A stretch of DNA of 64,000 bases from Mobula hypostoma (lineage: Eukaryota), in contig NC_086097.1 in NCBI RefSeq assembly GCF_963921235.1, positions 72,480,001 to 72,544,000 of the forward strand, read 5' to 3'. Below the pieces are notes generated by a model. That model did not search any database, was not told where the DNA came from, and was given only the letters and a program-made list of their open reading frames with translations. The translations under genes were made by a program, and so were the position numbers. This document shows positions 12,627 through 24,849 of the stretch, piece after piece; within the stretch, counting starts at the first letter, position 1; each line of letters starts with the position of its first letter.

Positions 12627-14739
12627 TAATCCAGGTTAGGCTGCATGCAAAAATGCCTTGATTCTAAAAACCTGAAAATGAAACCTAACACAGTGCTATC
12701 ATCAGCAATCATCCCACTTGAGAAAGCTGATCCTAGGACACAGTCCTGAAGAATTTTTGTAGAAATAATTTGCCTAAAATAAATAAACTATCTGCTTTTG
12801 TATGATATATAACCTCAATCCGTGTAATTTCCTTTTGATTCTAATTTCCTCACTATAACCAAGGTTCCTTGATGCCAGATTTGATTGAATGCTATCCCAA
12901 TACTATGTGCAGAGACCGTCTTTTCTCATCTGCGGGATACTGCACATTTGTTCATGCTTGAAGTTAGGCTGTAATGAAGCTTGAATCAAGTGATCTTGAC
13001 AGAATTTAAGGAAGTATTAGTGTACAGGCTGTTGGTGATTAAGTACTATTTGATAGCAGTGTCATTGACACTTCGCATCCGTTTGATTGAGACTAGATGG
13101 ATTGGGTCATAATTGGCTCGATTGGATATCTTCTGGCTTTTTGTTGGCAGCCCAGTATATTTTTCACTTTCAGCAAAAATGATAGAAATTCAAAGGTAGA
13201 GTCATTGTTTTATTTTAAATCTAACCTTATACTTACACCACTGATTTTGAACCCAAGAATCACAACATTAATATAGCTTGGGGATTTATAGATTTATGAG
13301 TTTGCTGCCAGTAACTGTATAGACTGATTGAAAACATAATACTGTGCTGTCAGAACATTGTTTTCCTGTTGTTAGACTATAATTTATTATTTATTAATAA
13401 TAAACTATACTAATTATAATTATTAATAATGCATTTGATCCTGAGATCAGCTGCTGGCTAAATCCCATATCTGTTTCCACCCTGTTATATTATTTGGCTC
13501 TGACCTGCCTCTGTTAATCTCCAGAAATCCTCTTATTTGCTCCTGACCATCTTCCTCCTTCAATAAATTTACTTAATTAGCCCTGATGTATGCCAGTTTT
13601 ACCCAGTATCCCATACTTGCTGAATCTAGTTGGCAAGATATGTTGGCTCTCAATTAAACTGGCTCAATTTTGTAATTATAATTATTATTTTTAATTCTGC
13701 TATGGTGTTGTCCCAACACCAATTTCCACAAAGCCCACACCACTATCTGTTACAGCTTCACAAGCTTTCAAGGCAACCTGAATTTTTGCAGGTCTGGCAG
13801 ATCCCTAATTTTAATTAAAAATCAGAAGACGTACCTTCAGCTGTCAAGATTCAAAGCTCAGAAGCTTCTTTCATGTATCTCTTCACACTTACTTCCTTCT
13901 GAGCTTCAGCCATGCCTTAAAACCTACCAGCTTATTGGAACTAATATATCGTGGATCAAATCTTGATTGATAAGGAGTATCATGGGATGTTTTACTTGTG
14001 TTATAAGTGAATTGATATTGCTGTTGTGATTACAGTTTTGAAAATAATGTGAAGGGTTAAGAACATATTGGAATGATAATTATGACTTTTTTAAAAACTT
14101 GCTCTTTATCAATCATTACGTAATCTACAAGGAGAGCTAAAAGTGAAATATTAAATGAAGACACAATTCAGTGGTAAAAGAATTATGGGAAATTTTGTTT
14201 TAAGTTTTCGAATTGTACTTTGCAGATGACTACTGTGACTATGAAACAGTAATGTTTCTATCAGCTAAACCATGATCTCATCAAGCTCTATGCAAAAAAT
14301 CAACGAACTTTGAAATTTGTTGCATTACTCAGAATATTTTTTCCACATTTGATGATCTACTGTGGTTTAAAAATATATGCTCCTAACAGTTAGCCTGCTT
14401 CTATGTTTTAGGAACTTTATGCATCCCCATCATTAACTTTAATCTATTTTACACAAATAATTTAATTATGTGAGCGTAGCCCAACCCAACCCTTCCATTA
14501 TTTTAATCTTACTCAGTCAATTCTCCCTAAATTTTATGCTCTTGTGTTTTCAAGTAAAATACAAATCAGAGCCTTGTTGAAGGATTTAAACTGAATTCCA
14601 AATGAAAATTAACAGAAGTTATGTACTCTGCAATTCCTTACGTGATACATTAGATTTCCATCAATATTCTGTTTGATATTCAATAACAGGATGTGACACT
14701 TGTAAAGCCTAATTACCTCTGTGAAATTGGTGCAGTGGG

Positions 14740-15480
14740 CTGTTTTCTTGAGCCATTGTTGATGAAGAATTTTTTAAGGAGACGGTTAGTGAGTTCAAAG
14801 ATTTTGACCCAATGGCGATAAAGGAATGGCAAAATATTTCCATATCCACATTGTATGCAACTTAGAGGGTGGCTTAGGAATGGTGGTGTTCCCACATGGC
14901 TGTTGGTTCTTGTTCTTTGATACGCTAGCTTCAAAATAGCCTTGACATATAGCAGTGTTAGATTCTATAGATGGCACCCACTGTAGCTCTGCATCAATAG
15001 CACTGGCAAAAGTTAAGGAAGGTGGTTGGGATGCTAGTCCAGTGATCTATTTCATAACATTCAGCTAGTGCTGAATGTTATTGTAGCAGTATATATCCAA
15101 GTAAATGGAAGGGTTTCTGTTCCATGCTAGTGTATTGTGAATGGTGGAAAGCATTTCTGAAGTGGTAAATCAAGTACTGTAGGCTATGGTTAAATTCAGG
15201 GTTGCTGGGTGGCGTGAGGAGCCAGAAGGGTCTACTCTGTGCTGTATTTCTATATAAAAAAAATCCCTGCTTTTGACCCTGGCCCTGCAGCCATGTTATT
15301 TGCATGGCTAGCTCAGTTTAGTTTGGTCAAATTACTCTTAAAGATTCAATAGTGGTAATAGCGTTAGATGTCATTGGGAGGTGGGTAACCTCCCACCTGT
15401 TGAAAAATAACCAATGCCTAGCAGAAAGTGGCATGGATGTTACTTCCCTCTTTTCAGTGTCAATGGAACCTTATACCAAT
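14740..15480 (-). mobile_element. Old LINE 3' fragment (same family as 24850-25565 and ~2330-2980), with a SINE tail at ~15185-15260
   Basis: Reverse complement is similar to 25100-25560; heavily decayed with no clean ORF. Confidence 0.5.
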
Positions 15481-16339
15481 TTGCAGATGATTCAGAGGAC
15501 ACCTGTGACCAATAATTAAATTGATTTGCTATGCTTCATGTGTGCAAGTCCTAATAGAACAATTCTCTACATTGCATAATAGAAAATGGAATTTTAGCTG
15601 TGCTCAAACAGTTTGACCAGAGCTGTGTCCAGTTTTGGAACATAACTTGTATCTGTGATACTACCTTGTTATTACTTTTGTTGAATTGCTCAGAAAGCAG
15701 TAAAAAGGGAGCATCTTTTTACCACTTCTAGTTTAAGATATTTGTAAATGCAACAGTCTCATCTTTGCTACACTTTCACTGAGGATGAAGGTGCTTTTGA
15801 AAACTACTTGTCCTGTTGGCTGTTTAATTGCCCACCACTGTTCATGGTTGGATGTGGCAGGACAGCAGAACTTTGATCTTTAGTCTGATCCATTGGTTTT
15901 GGGATTGCCTGTTTACTGCATTACGCTTTTCACCATGACCACATAAAGTCAAACTCTGATAATCTGTTGTCAGAGTATTTGAATTTTCCTATAGATTAGC
16001 ACATGCCAGATGCTGTGCTCACTTCCATTTCACCTGTGCTCTGACTTCCATGCTCCTTTCGGACACACTAATGGCACAGTTCTCGTGTTCTCTTCCAATG
16101 TGTCACGTCCCTGGTGTCTGCTTGTTTCTGACTCATTGAAGCCCCCATTTTGCACACATTGAAATTTATTACATTCATTTTTCTAAGTTGTAACAACTGA
16201 AAAAGAGAATTTAAAATGTGCTTGAGTATCAGTAAGAGTAATATCCAATAGAAAATCTACCAGTCTTTCACCACTAATGTGCCAGGCATGCTGGAATAAT
16301 GGTATTCCATTCCATATAATGCACTGTTGTAGTTTTGAG

Positions 16340-16637
16340 TGGTTAGTCCACATGTTTAAATGACTTTAGTTTTATGAGGAGGTGGTAAAGATGATTAATA
16401 ATAGTGAATTTTTATCAGAATGAGCTCTGGTAAAGCTTTCAATGAGATTACTCATGGTAGGCTGATCCTGAAAATTAATCCACATAGGATCCACAAGGAG
16501 CTGGTAAATTGGATACAAAATTGTTGAGTTATAGAGGTCAGAGGATAGCGGTGGAGGGCTGTTTCTCTGACTGGAGGTCCATAACCAGTAAGGTTCTGCA
16601 GGAGGGATCAGTGTTGGGTTCTCTATTGTGTGTAATA
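16340..16637 (+). mobile_element. CR1 RT fragment, 5' side of the Tc1 insertion (continues 18243-18352 and ~19690-19980)
   Basis: Removing the Tc1 and one TA restores LLCVIYTNDLDEYVGGLISRL, matching the CR1 RT LLFVIYINDLD motif. Confidence 0.85.
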
Positions 16638-18242
16638 CAGTGGCATGCAAAAGTTTGGGCAAATTTCTGTTACTGTGAATAGCTAAGCGAGTAAAGATGA
16701 CCTAATTTCCAAAAGGCATAGAGTTAAAGACGACACATTTCTTTAATGTTTTAAGCAAGATTACTTTTTTTATTTCCATCTTTTACAGTTTCAAAATAAC
16801 AAAAAAGGAAAAGGGCCTGAAGCAAAAGTTTAGGCACCCTGCATGGTCAATACTTAGTAACACCCGCTTTGGCAAGTATCACAGCTTGTAATTGCTTTCT
16901 GTAGCCAGCTAAGTGTCTTTCAATTATTGTTTGAGGGATTTTTGCCCATTCTTCCTTGCAAAAGGCTTCTAGTTCTGTGATATTCTTGGGCCGTCTTTCA
17001 TGCACTGCTCTTTTGAGGTCTATCCACAGATTTTCGATGATGTTTAGAGCAGGGGATTGTGAGGGCCATGGCAAAACTTTCATTTTGCGCCTCTTCAGGT
17101 AGTCCATTATGGATCTTGAGGTGTGCTTAGGATCATTATCCTGTTCTAGAAGCTATCTTCTTTTCACCTTTAGCTTTTTTACAGATGGTGTGATGTTTGC
17201 TTCCAGAATTTGCTGGTATTTAATTGAATTCATTCTTCCCTCTACCACTGAAATGTTCCCCATGCCACTGGCTACAACACAAGCCCAAAGCATGATCGAT
17301 CCACCCCCGTGCTTAACAATTAGAGAGGTGTTCTTTTCATTAAATTCTGCACCCTTTTTTCTCCAAACATACCTTTGCTCATTGCGGCCAAAAAGTTCTA
17401 TTTTAACTTCATCAATCCACAGGACTTATTTCCAAAATGCATCAGGCTTGTTTAGATGTTCCTTTGCAAACTTCTGACACTGAATTTTGTGGTGAGGACG
17501 CAGGAAAGGTTTTCTTCTGATGACTCTTCCATGAAGGTCATATTTGTGCAGGTGTCGCTGCACAGTAGAACAGTGCACTACCACTCCAGAGTCTGTTAAG
17601 TCTTCCTGAAGGTCTTTTGCAGTCAAACGGGGGTTTTGACTTTCCTTTCTAGCAATCCTATGAGCAGTACTCTCGGAAAGTTTTCTTGGTCTTCCAGACC
17701 TCAACTTGACCTCCACCATTCCTGTGAACTGCCATTTCTTAATTACATAATCAACTGAGGAAACGGCTACCAGAAAATGCTTTGTTATCTTCTTATAGCC
17801 TTCATCCTACTTTGTAGGCATCATTTATTTTAATTTTCAAAGTACTAGGCAGCTGCTTAGAGGAGCCCATGGCTGCTGATTGTTGGGACAAGGTTTGAGG
17901 AGTCAGGGTATTTATAAAGCTTTGAAATTTGCATCACCTGGCCTTTCCCAACGATGACTGTGAACAAGCTATAGCACTAACAAGCTAATTAAGGTCTGAG
18001 ACCTTGGTAAAAGTTATCTGAGAGCTCAAATCTCTTGGGGTGCCCAAACTTTTGCATGATGCTCCTTTCCTTTTTTTCACTCTAAAATTGTACAAAACAA
18101 AAATAATCTTGCTTAAAATGTTGAAAAGAATGTTTCATCTTTAACTTTATGACTTTTGGAGATCAGTTCATCTTCTACTCACTTAACTATTCACAGTAAC
18201 AGGAATTTTGACCAGGGGTGCCCAAACTTTTGCATACCACTC
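16638..18242 (-). mobile_element. Full-length Tc1/mariner DNA transposon, IR/DR type (1605 bp)
   Basis: TA at 16636-16637 and 18243-18244; termini CAGTGGCATGCAAAAGTTTGGGCA / TGCCCAAACTTTTGCATACCACTC; ~200-bp imperfect inverted repeats with inner copies of the end motif at 16822-16839 and 18038-18055. Confidence 0.97.
16847..17870 (-). pseudogene. Tc1 DD34E transposase pseudogene (~340 aa)
   Basis: MGSSKQLP..GYKKI (HTH), RSGRPRK, VLWIDEVKIELFG, KHGGGSIMLW, QDNDPKH, then 34 residues from that D to the E of IENLW, WPSQSP. One +1 frameshift near 17805 and stops at ~17426 and ~17153. Confidence 0.95.
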
Positions 18243-18469
18243 TATATACAAATGATCTGGATGAATATGTAGGTGGTCTGATTAGTAGGTTGGAAAAAAC
18301 ATGAAAGCTTATCAAGTTGTGGACAGTGAGGAATGATAGAAAAGGGTACAGGCCATAGAACAATTCAACACAGTAACTGGTCCTTCAGCTGAACATGTCT
18401 GTGCTGACCATGTTGCCAATCTAAACTGAACCAATCTGCCTGCATATGGTCTACATAAATTGGTAAAAA

Positions 18470-19670
18470 TTAGTAAATTAGTTTATTATTGTCAGATGTA
18501 CTGAGGTAATAGTAAAAGGTTTGAGTTTTATACAGTTGATACAGATCAAATAATTGCAGTAGTGCATTGAGATAGTAAAAGGTTTAACAATAACAAATGG
18601 CAGAATAGTGTTATAGTTACAGAGAAAGTGCAGTGCAGATAGACAATAAAGTGCAAGGTCACGGTGAGGTAGCTTGAGGTCAAGAATCCATCTTTTCATA
18701 CTAAGAAATCATTCATTCATCTTATAACAGCAGGATAGAAGCTGTTCTTGAGCATTGTGATATGTGCTTTCAGGCTTTTGTATCTTCTGCATGATGGGGG
18801 AGAAGAGAGAAACCCTAACCTGTCTGAGTGGGATGTTAGCTACTTTACCAAGGAGCGAAAAGTGTAGAAGGGTCCATGGAGGGGAGGCTAGTTTTTGTCA
18901 TCTGCACAGCTGTGTCCACACGGCTCCCTGTAGATTCTTGTAGTCATGAGCAAAGCCATACAACGCATGATGCAAGTGGGCCAGGGTGCTTTTGATGATG
19001 AATCAATAAAATATAGTAAGAGTCAAAGGAGACATGACAAATTTCTTTAGTTTCCTCAGGAACTGAAGGCACTGTGCATCTTTCTTGGCTATGGCATCAG
19101 TGGGGTTGGACCAGCACAGGCAGTTAGTGATGTTCATTCTAAGGACTTGAGTTTCTCAACCCTCTCAATTTCAGTGCCGTCGAGCGTTGAGTAAAAAGGA
19201 GCCAGTACTCCACCCTCCACCCCTTCCTGAAATCAATGACTAGCTCTTTTTATTTTGCTAACATTGAGGGAAAGGCTGTTGTCATGACACCATGTCACTA
19301 GGCTGTCTATCTCTTTCCTGTACTCTGACTCCTCATGAGTTGAGATACAGCCCACTGCGGTGGTATCATCTGCAATGTTGTGGATGGAGTTAGAGTAGTT
19401 GTGAGTGTAGAGAGTAGCGAAGGGAGCTAAAGACACAGCCTTATAGGGCACCAGTGTTGAGGATAATCATGGTGTTGCTGTTGTTCTTACTGATTATGAT
19501 CTTTTAGTCAGAAAATCAGGGATCCAATTGCAAAGGAAGGTGTTGAGTCACACTTCTAGGAGTTTGGAGATTAGTTTGCCTGGAGTTTTAGATTTGAAGG
19601 CAGAGCAGTAGTCAATAAATAATAGTCTAACATTGATGTCTGTATTGTCCAGATGTTCCCGAGGGGTATA
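18470..19670 (-). mobile_element. Rex1/Babar-type LINE, RT C-terminal half and 3' UTR
   Basis: ADDTTAVGCISTHEESEYRKEIDSLVTWCHDNSLSLNVSKIK (ORF 19233-19451); sits inside the CR1 that resumes at ~19690. Confidence 0.85.
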
Positions 19671-21842
19671 TTTTCCTCAATATACATGAATCAGTTCATC
19701 TCTGAATGCAAATTAATTGCACATGGGCTATGGAGTTTAATCTGGACGTGTGGATTTGCATTTTGTGAAGTTAGATACAACAGGAAAATATAAGCAAATG
19801 GCAGGATCCTGTGTAGCAACACACAGGAAAATCTGCAGATGCTGGAAATCCTTAGTAGCAATGAAGTTTGAGCATTTCTAGACATACATGGCGATAGCTC
19901 CTCTGAAGATGTCAATGCAATTGTATAGAGTAGTAAAGAAAATGAACTGCATGCTTGCATGCCCTTCATTAGTCAGGGCCTGTTCCTGCTCTATTATTCT
20001 ATGTTCAATGCATCTGGTACTGTTCACTCACACTCCTGGTTATTGGATGTGGAATAATATGCTTCTGCCGATTACCCACAGCAACACATGGGTGCTTTGT
20101 TATGACTGGTAGATCTTTTTTGACTTTATTCCTTTCAGCATGCCAGTAGTTTCCCATTGTATGCTGGATAGGTCCTAGTGTTAAAGGAGAATTTTGTCTC
20201 TATAAAAATTATATGGTCATCACTCTTACCAATTATTTTACATCTAGATACACTTGCAACAACGAGATGGGTAAGGGTGCAATCCATAAGGTTTGTCCCA
20301 AAATAATATATTGACTTTTCACGTAATTTAATTTTTCTGTACTCTGAGAAATGTCTTGGACAAGTTCACAGAGCAGATGCTTCAATAATTAGTGAAGCAC
20401 ATTTAGGAGCTGTCAATTGAAATTATACAAATAGGTGTTACTATGCTTCAGAAATCTTTAAATAGTTACTTATTTCAATGTGTAGCAGATTGAGTTGCTT
20501 CACATGACATTGTGCATCCTGCTCCTGCTGAAAGCAGGCTGAGATGTTTCTATCTGCTCCTGTGTTCCATCATATCCATTGCTGATCCTATTGGCAGCTT
20601 GTCATCAGGTTAATCACTTGGATTTTTACTGGTTCCTAGTTTGATTCTGGTATTTTGCATACTTCATTTGTAGCTTTGGGACAAAAATGGGCTTTTAACC
20701 ACACTACTGAATGATGGTTTTTTTTTTACTTCCTCCTGTTAACTGAGTTTATTCTTGGAGATTATTGTTGTTACCTTCTAAGGAATTGATTAAGTTGGTC
20801 TTTGTATATTGGTAACTGAACACTAGATGGCCCCTGCGTGAGAGTTTGCACGGTGTAGCATTGTCCTCTATTGCTTTGTTATTTTTTTTAATGGATATGT
20901 TCAGAGGGCCTGGAATTATTTATAAAAAGCAATGTGGTTATCATCACATCAATACAAACATTTGTCCTGACAAGCTGCAGCTCTTTTTAACTTTGACTTG
21001 CTGCATAGCATGCAGACCAAATATTCATAGGTCAATCCAGACCTTTATCATTGCTCCCCCTGTTTTCTGTAAAATAAATTGTGTCTTAAGAAGTTTTTAA
21101 ATTACAAAGGAATGTCTTGTTAGTATTGGTCTAATAAAAAGTAATTTTATTGTTAGCTTCGCACAACCTTGCATATCGGCTGTTGAGGGTTCAGTTCAAA
21201 GGGCATGCAGTTCACATGAATGACTAGTTTTTACTGTGTCATTGCCTGTTGCCAACATAAATTTGGCTGCATGCACTAAGCAACACCATCTTAGTTTATG
21301 AGCTATAGAACGTGAGCTATCTAATTCCACTGGAATGCAAACATTTACCCAGGATAGGTCATATATCCAGATTGTGTTTGGAGGCATCAGGGTGATCCCT
21401 GTTTGATGTCAAAATCTAGGAGCTACAATTTATTCTGAGTTCAAAAGTCGCAGTAATAAACAAAAAACACTTGATCCAGACCTGATATAAGCATGTTGGA
21501 TTTTAAATGATTCCAAGAGTAATCAAACAGACCATCAAACATTGGAACAGCTGTGAAGAAGATTTCACATCTTGGCATTAGAAGGATGTTACTTGCCTTA
21601 ACTTGACTATCCATTTTCTGACTTACTTACAAAGTCCGTCATAAAAACCACTCCCCCCAAGCCCCAACCAGTACCTTACACAAACTGTATATGTGCTGTC
21701 TTTTCTACAGAACTATTAGATGCAGCAGGGAATATCTGTGTTGTATATGAAGTAATGCTGCTCAGCTAGTTCACTTATTTTTTACTTTGTAAGTCTTTCA
21801 TTGCCCTCCCTTAGTCCAAATACGTACCGGGTAGGTTAATTG

Positions 21843-22384
21843 CAGACATCCCACTTCTCCCGGAAGTTCTGGGAGTCTCCCGCATATTAATAGTGGCTCC
21901 CTGTTGCCCGCAAATTATGTACAATATCACGGAAATCAATTTTTTTGAGAGCGAGCGAGAGAAAGCAAGAGAGAGCGCGAGAATGACCATGAGAGAGAGC
22001 GAGAAAGCAAGCAAGCGAGAGAGAAAGCGCGAGCGAGAGCGCGCCATAGCAGAGTGTTCCAAAAAAAATATAAAGCATACACCACCCCAGACTACACTAA
22101 AGTGTACCCCTGCATAATAGGGGTCAAAATAATGACAGTGTTGCTCGCTGCACTGTTTGCAACAGTGACTTTTCTATTGCCCATCGTGGGTTAAGACTGT
22201 ACAAGACATGTTGAGGTGAGATTAACAGGTGTCATTCGTTCATTAGCGTAGCTAACGTTATTTAAACTAGCTGGCCAGCTGCTAAGGAGCTACTCTATTG
22301 CAGACATCCCACCTCTCCCGGAAGTCTCCCGCAAATTGATGGTGCTACCTCCCTGAAATAAGTTTTTGCAGGGTGGGATGTCTG
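21843..22384. mobile_element. Non-autonomous TIR element (MITE), 542 bp, 6-bp TSD, inserted in a V-SINE
   Basis: TIR CAGACATCCCAC / GTGGGATGTCTG; TAATTG at 21837-21842 and 22385-22390; flanks rejoin as the V-SINE stretch GTAGGTTAATTGGTAATTGTAAATTGTCCC; GA/GC-rich microsatellite at 21947-22041. Confidence 0.9.
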
Positions 22385-24365
22385 TAATTGGTAATTGTAA
22401 ATTGTCCCATGATTACATTAGGGTTAATCAGGTGGTGGGGTTGCTGTGGTGGTGTGTCTCGAAGGGCCTACTCCACACTGTATCGCTCAGTAAAAGGTGT
22501 CAACTACTGATCAGGATCATGATATTCAAATCTGATTTTGTATCATCGTCTCTATTAACAGTTTTAAATGTTGATACCAAATGGAACCCTTTTGCATAGT
22601 GTTCACTCAGTAAACACAAACTAAATGGAATGGTCCCTTACTTGTTGCATACAAAGACCCAAAGTTAACTGAAAGTGATGTGTGAATCCAATTTCTGATG
22701 CAAAAAACCTATGTAAAAAAAAATGGTAATTAAACAAATCCAGATTTATGTATTAAAAATAGTGTACACTGAGGTGGCCATGGCTGACATTCTAGTTTCA
22801 TCAAGTAACTTACTATAAAAGCCTTTGTGGTGCACAAAATGACAGTTTCAAATTGAAATGAAAAAAATGGTTGAGCTGGTAAGGTGTCAATGTGCTTTTG
22901 TCACATGTAAATTCATTGAAAACTGCTTTGGATTTTACATGACTATTTCATGGATTGGTGATTTTTGTTACTAGAATCAATTTCTTGGAAAATGTAGTGA
23001 GACCCAAGGCTGAACAGAGAATCATCGGTGTTGTAGTGTAGTTTTCTAGAACATATCATGTATCACTACATTTTCCGATAGCTTCATTAGTCAAGACTAC
23101 ACACTTGGTCTCAGTTCAGGAAAATCATTAGTCTGATTTATAGGGTGGAATCATTGAATTAACTCTCGGGGATAGGTCTTCTGCCATGATACTTCAATCA
23201 GCTGTCTGAAAGAGCTTTCAAGTAGTGTCAAGCTCCTCCTTTCCCTGCAGAATCTACTTTTTAAATTTAATTCCTAGAGGTAAATTACTCATGAACCTTC
23301 CCCCGATCACTAGTATAGACTGCTTCTAAATAATAACACTTTGTTTTTTTTAAACTATCTTCTTACCTACCTCTAATTTTAAGCTCTCTGATTACTCATC
23401 CATGATACTATTCTAGCAAATAATCTTTTATTAATTAGTTTATATAACTATTAAATCTGAGAAGTCTTTGGTACAACTACCAAACTTACTGTAAATTACA
23501 AATTAAGTGCAAAATCCAAGAACCAGAAGAAATATTTATTTTGCTCTATTCTTCAATAATAAATTGACTTTTACACCCTATATCCTGTAGTTCTTAAGTA
23601 TTTCTACATTACTTTAGAAAACTTTGACCTGCTATCAATATCTACCAGGTTTAGGCTACTTGGTAGGATCAGAGCAAGTAAAAAATTGTATGAATCCATT
23701 ATTGGATGACCTTGACCTTGGAGTTGTCTACCAAAGGATTATTGCCTCTCTTCTTCCAACGTGATTGATTTTGTTTTCACTTCATCTGAAACAGTTGGCC
23801 ATTCTTGATTACTTGAGATGAGTAGCATTAGATTTTTGATTTGGTGGATTTGGCCCATTCCCCGGGAACCCAGTTACTATTGCCAAATTTTGCATGATCT
23901 GGGATCTCAGGGAACTTACACGAATTCTCACGACTACTGGAATGTTCCTGTAATAAAACAGGCTGAAGATTGTGGGCATAACAGCTATTTATATCCTTAA
24001 TTACACCCATTGTTCCAAAGAAACAATTTGCAGACATTGCAGATTGGAATGTATTTTGTTCTAGCCTGTAAAAACATTTATAATGCACTGTCTGGTGAAT
24101 ATAAATTTGTAGAAAGCTTGCAAGAAATACTTCAATAAATAATTAGTCATGAACAATGTGTGTTATTTTTACTGCAAGTTGTAAAACTTTATTGATTACT
24201 AACAGCTAATTTCTGCTAGACAAAAGGTGGCTTAAAGCACTAATTAGTGAATATTATCATGAAAGATCAGTCCCAAGTCTGGTACATACTGTACCTTGTA
24301 TACACTGAATGATATGGTATCAATGTCCATTTGACAAGTTGGAAAACCCCTGGAATTGTCTGGAG

Positions 24366-24438
24366 CAAGGGTTCCCAACTGGTGTACACAGACCCGTTGC
24401 TTTAATAGTATTGGTCCATGACATTAAAAAAAGTTTAG
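24366..24438. mobile_element. Short hAT-Charlie-like MITE remnant
   Basis: Starts CAAGGGTTCCCAAC; flanked by 8-mers GTCTGGAG (24358-24365) and GTCTAGAG (24439-24446), matching the NTCTAGAN Charlie target; right TIR largely lost. Confidence 0.6.
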
Positions 24439-24557
24439 GTCTAGAGCAGAATAAGATTATGTGTGCCCATTCCTCGCCTCCCATTGATGATTTGCCATTT
24501 TTATTAAGATTACTGAGCCATGAAAGGAATTTGAGCTTCAACTAAACTGTCATAGTC

Positions 24558-24640
24558 GTCAGGAAGGTTGAGAGGTCTAAGGTGAAGCATTAAGGTAGAG
24601 GTCTCCATTGGAGGTGTGAGTTTGAATCACACTTCTGACT
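24558..24640 (+). pseudogene. tRNA-Leu (CAG-type) pseudogene
   Basis: 83 nt aligning without gaps to vertebrate tRNA-Leu(CAG) as I recall it (GTCAGGATGGCCGAGCGGTCTAAGG...GGAGGCGTGGGTTCGAATCCCACTCCTGACA), with about 20 substitutions; acceptor stem GTCAGGA/TTCTGAC retained; B box decayed. Confidence 0.8.
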
Positions 24641-24654
24641 TGGGTATTATGTTA

Positions 24655-24800
24655 ATGGTGGCATGGTAGTGTAATGATTAGCATAATGCTATTACAGTGC
24701 CAGTATCATGGGTCTGCTGTCTGTAAGGAGTTTGTACATTCTCCCCTTGATCTGCATTCCAAAGATGCACAGGTTATTAGGTTAATTGTTCACAGAGGTG
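24655..24800 (+). mobile_element. V-SINE fragment
   Basis: GGTGGCATGGTAGTGTAATG head and CTGTCTGTAAGGAGTTTGTACATTCTCCC V-domain. Confidence 0.7.
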
Positions 24801-24849
24801 AAAATGCGATAAGATATTTGAAGAGTCAGTTTATCTTTGTGTAAGATTC

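Noticed and set aside
17109..17477. 122-aa + strand ORF
   Set aside because: Antisense shadow of the Tc1 transposase.
21811..22117. ORFs with RE/SL-rich low-complexity peptides
   Set aside because: Translation artefacts of the GA-rich microsatellite inside the MITE.
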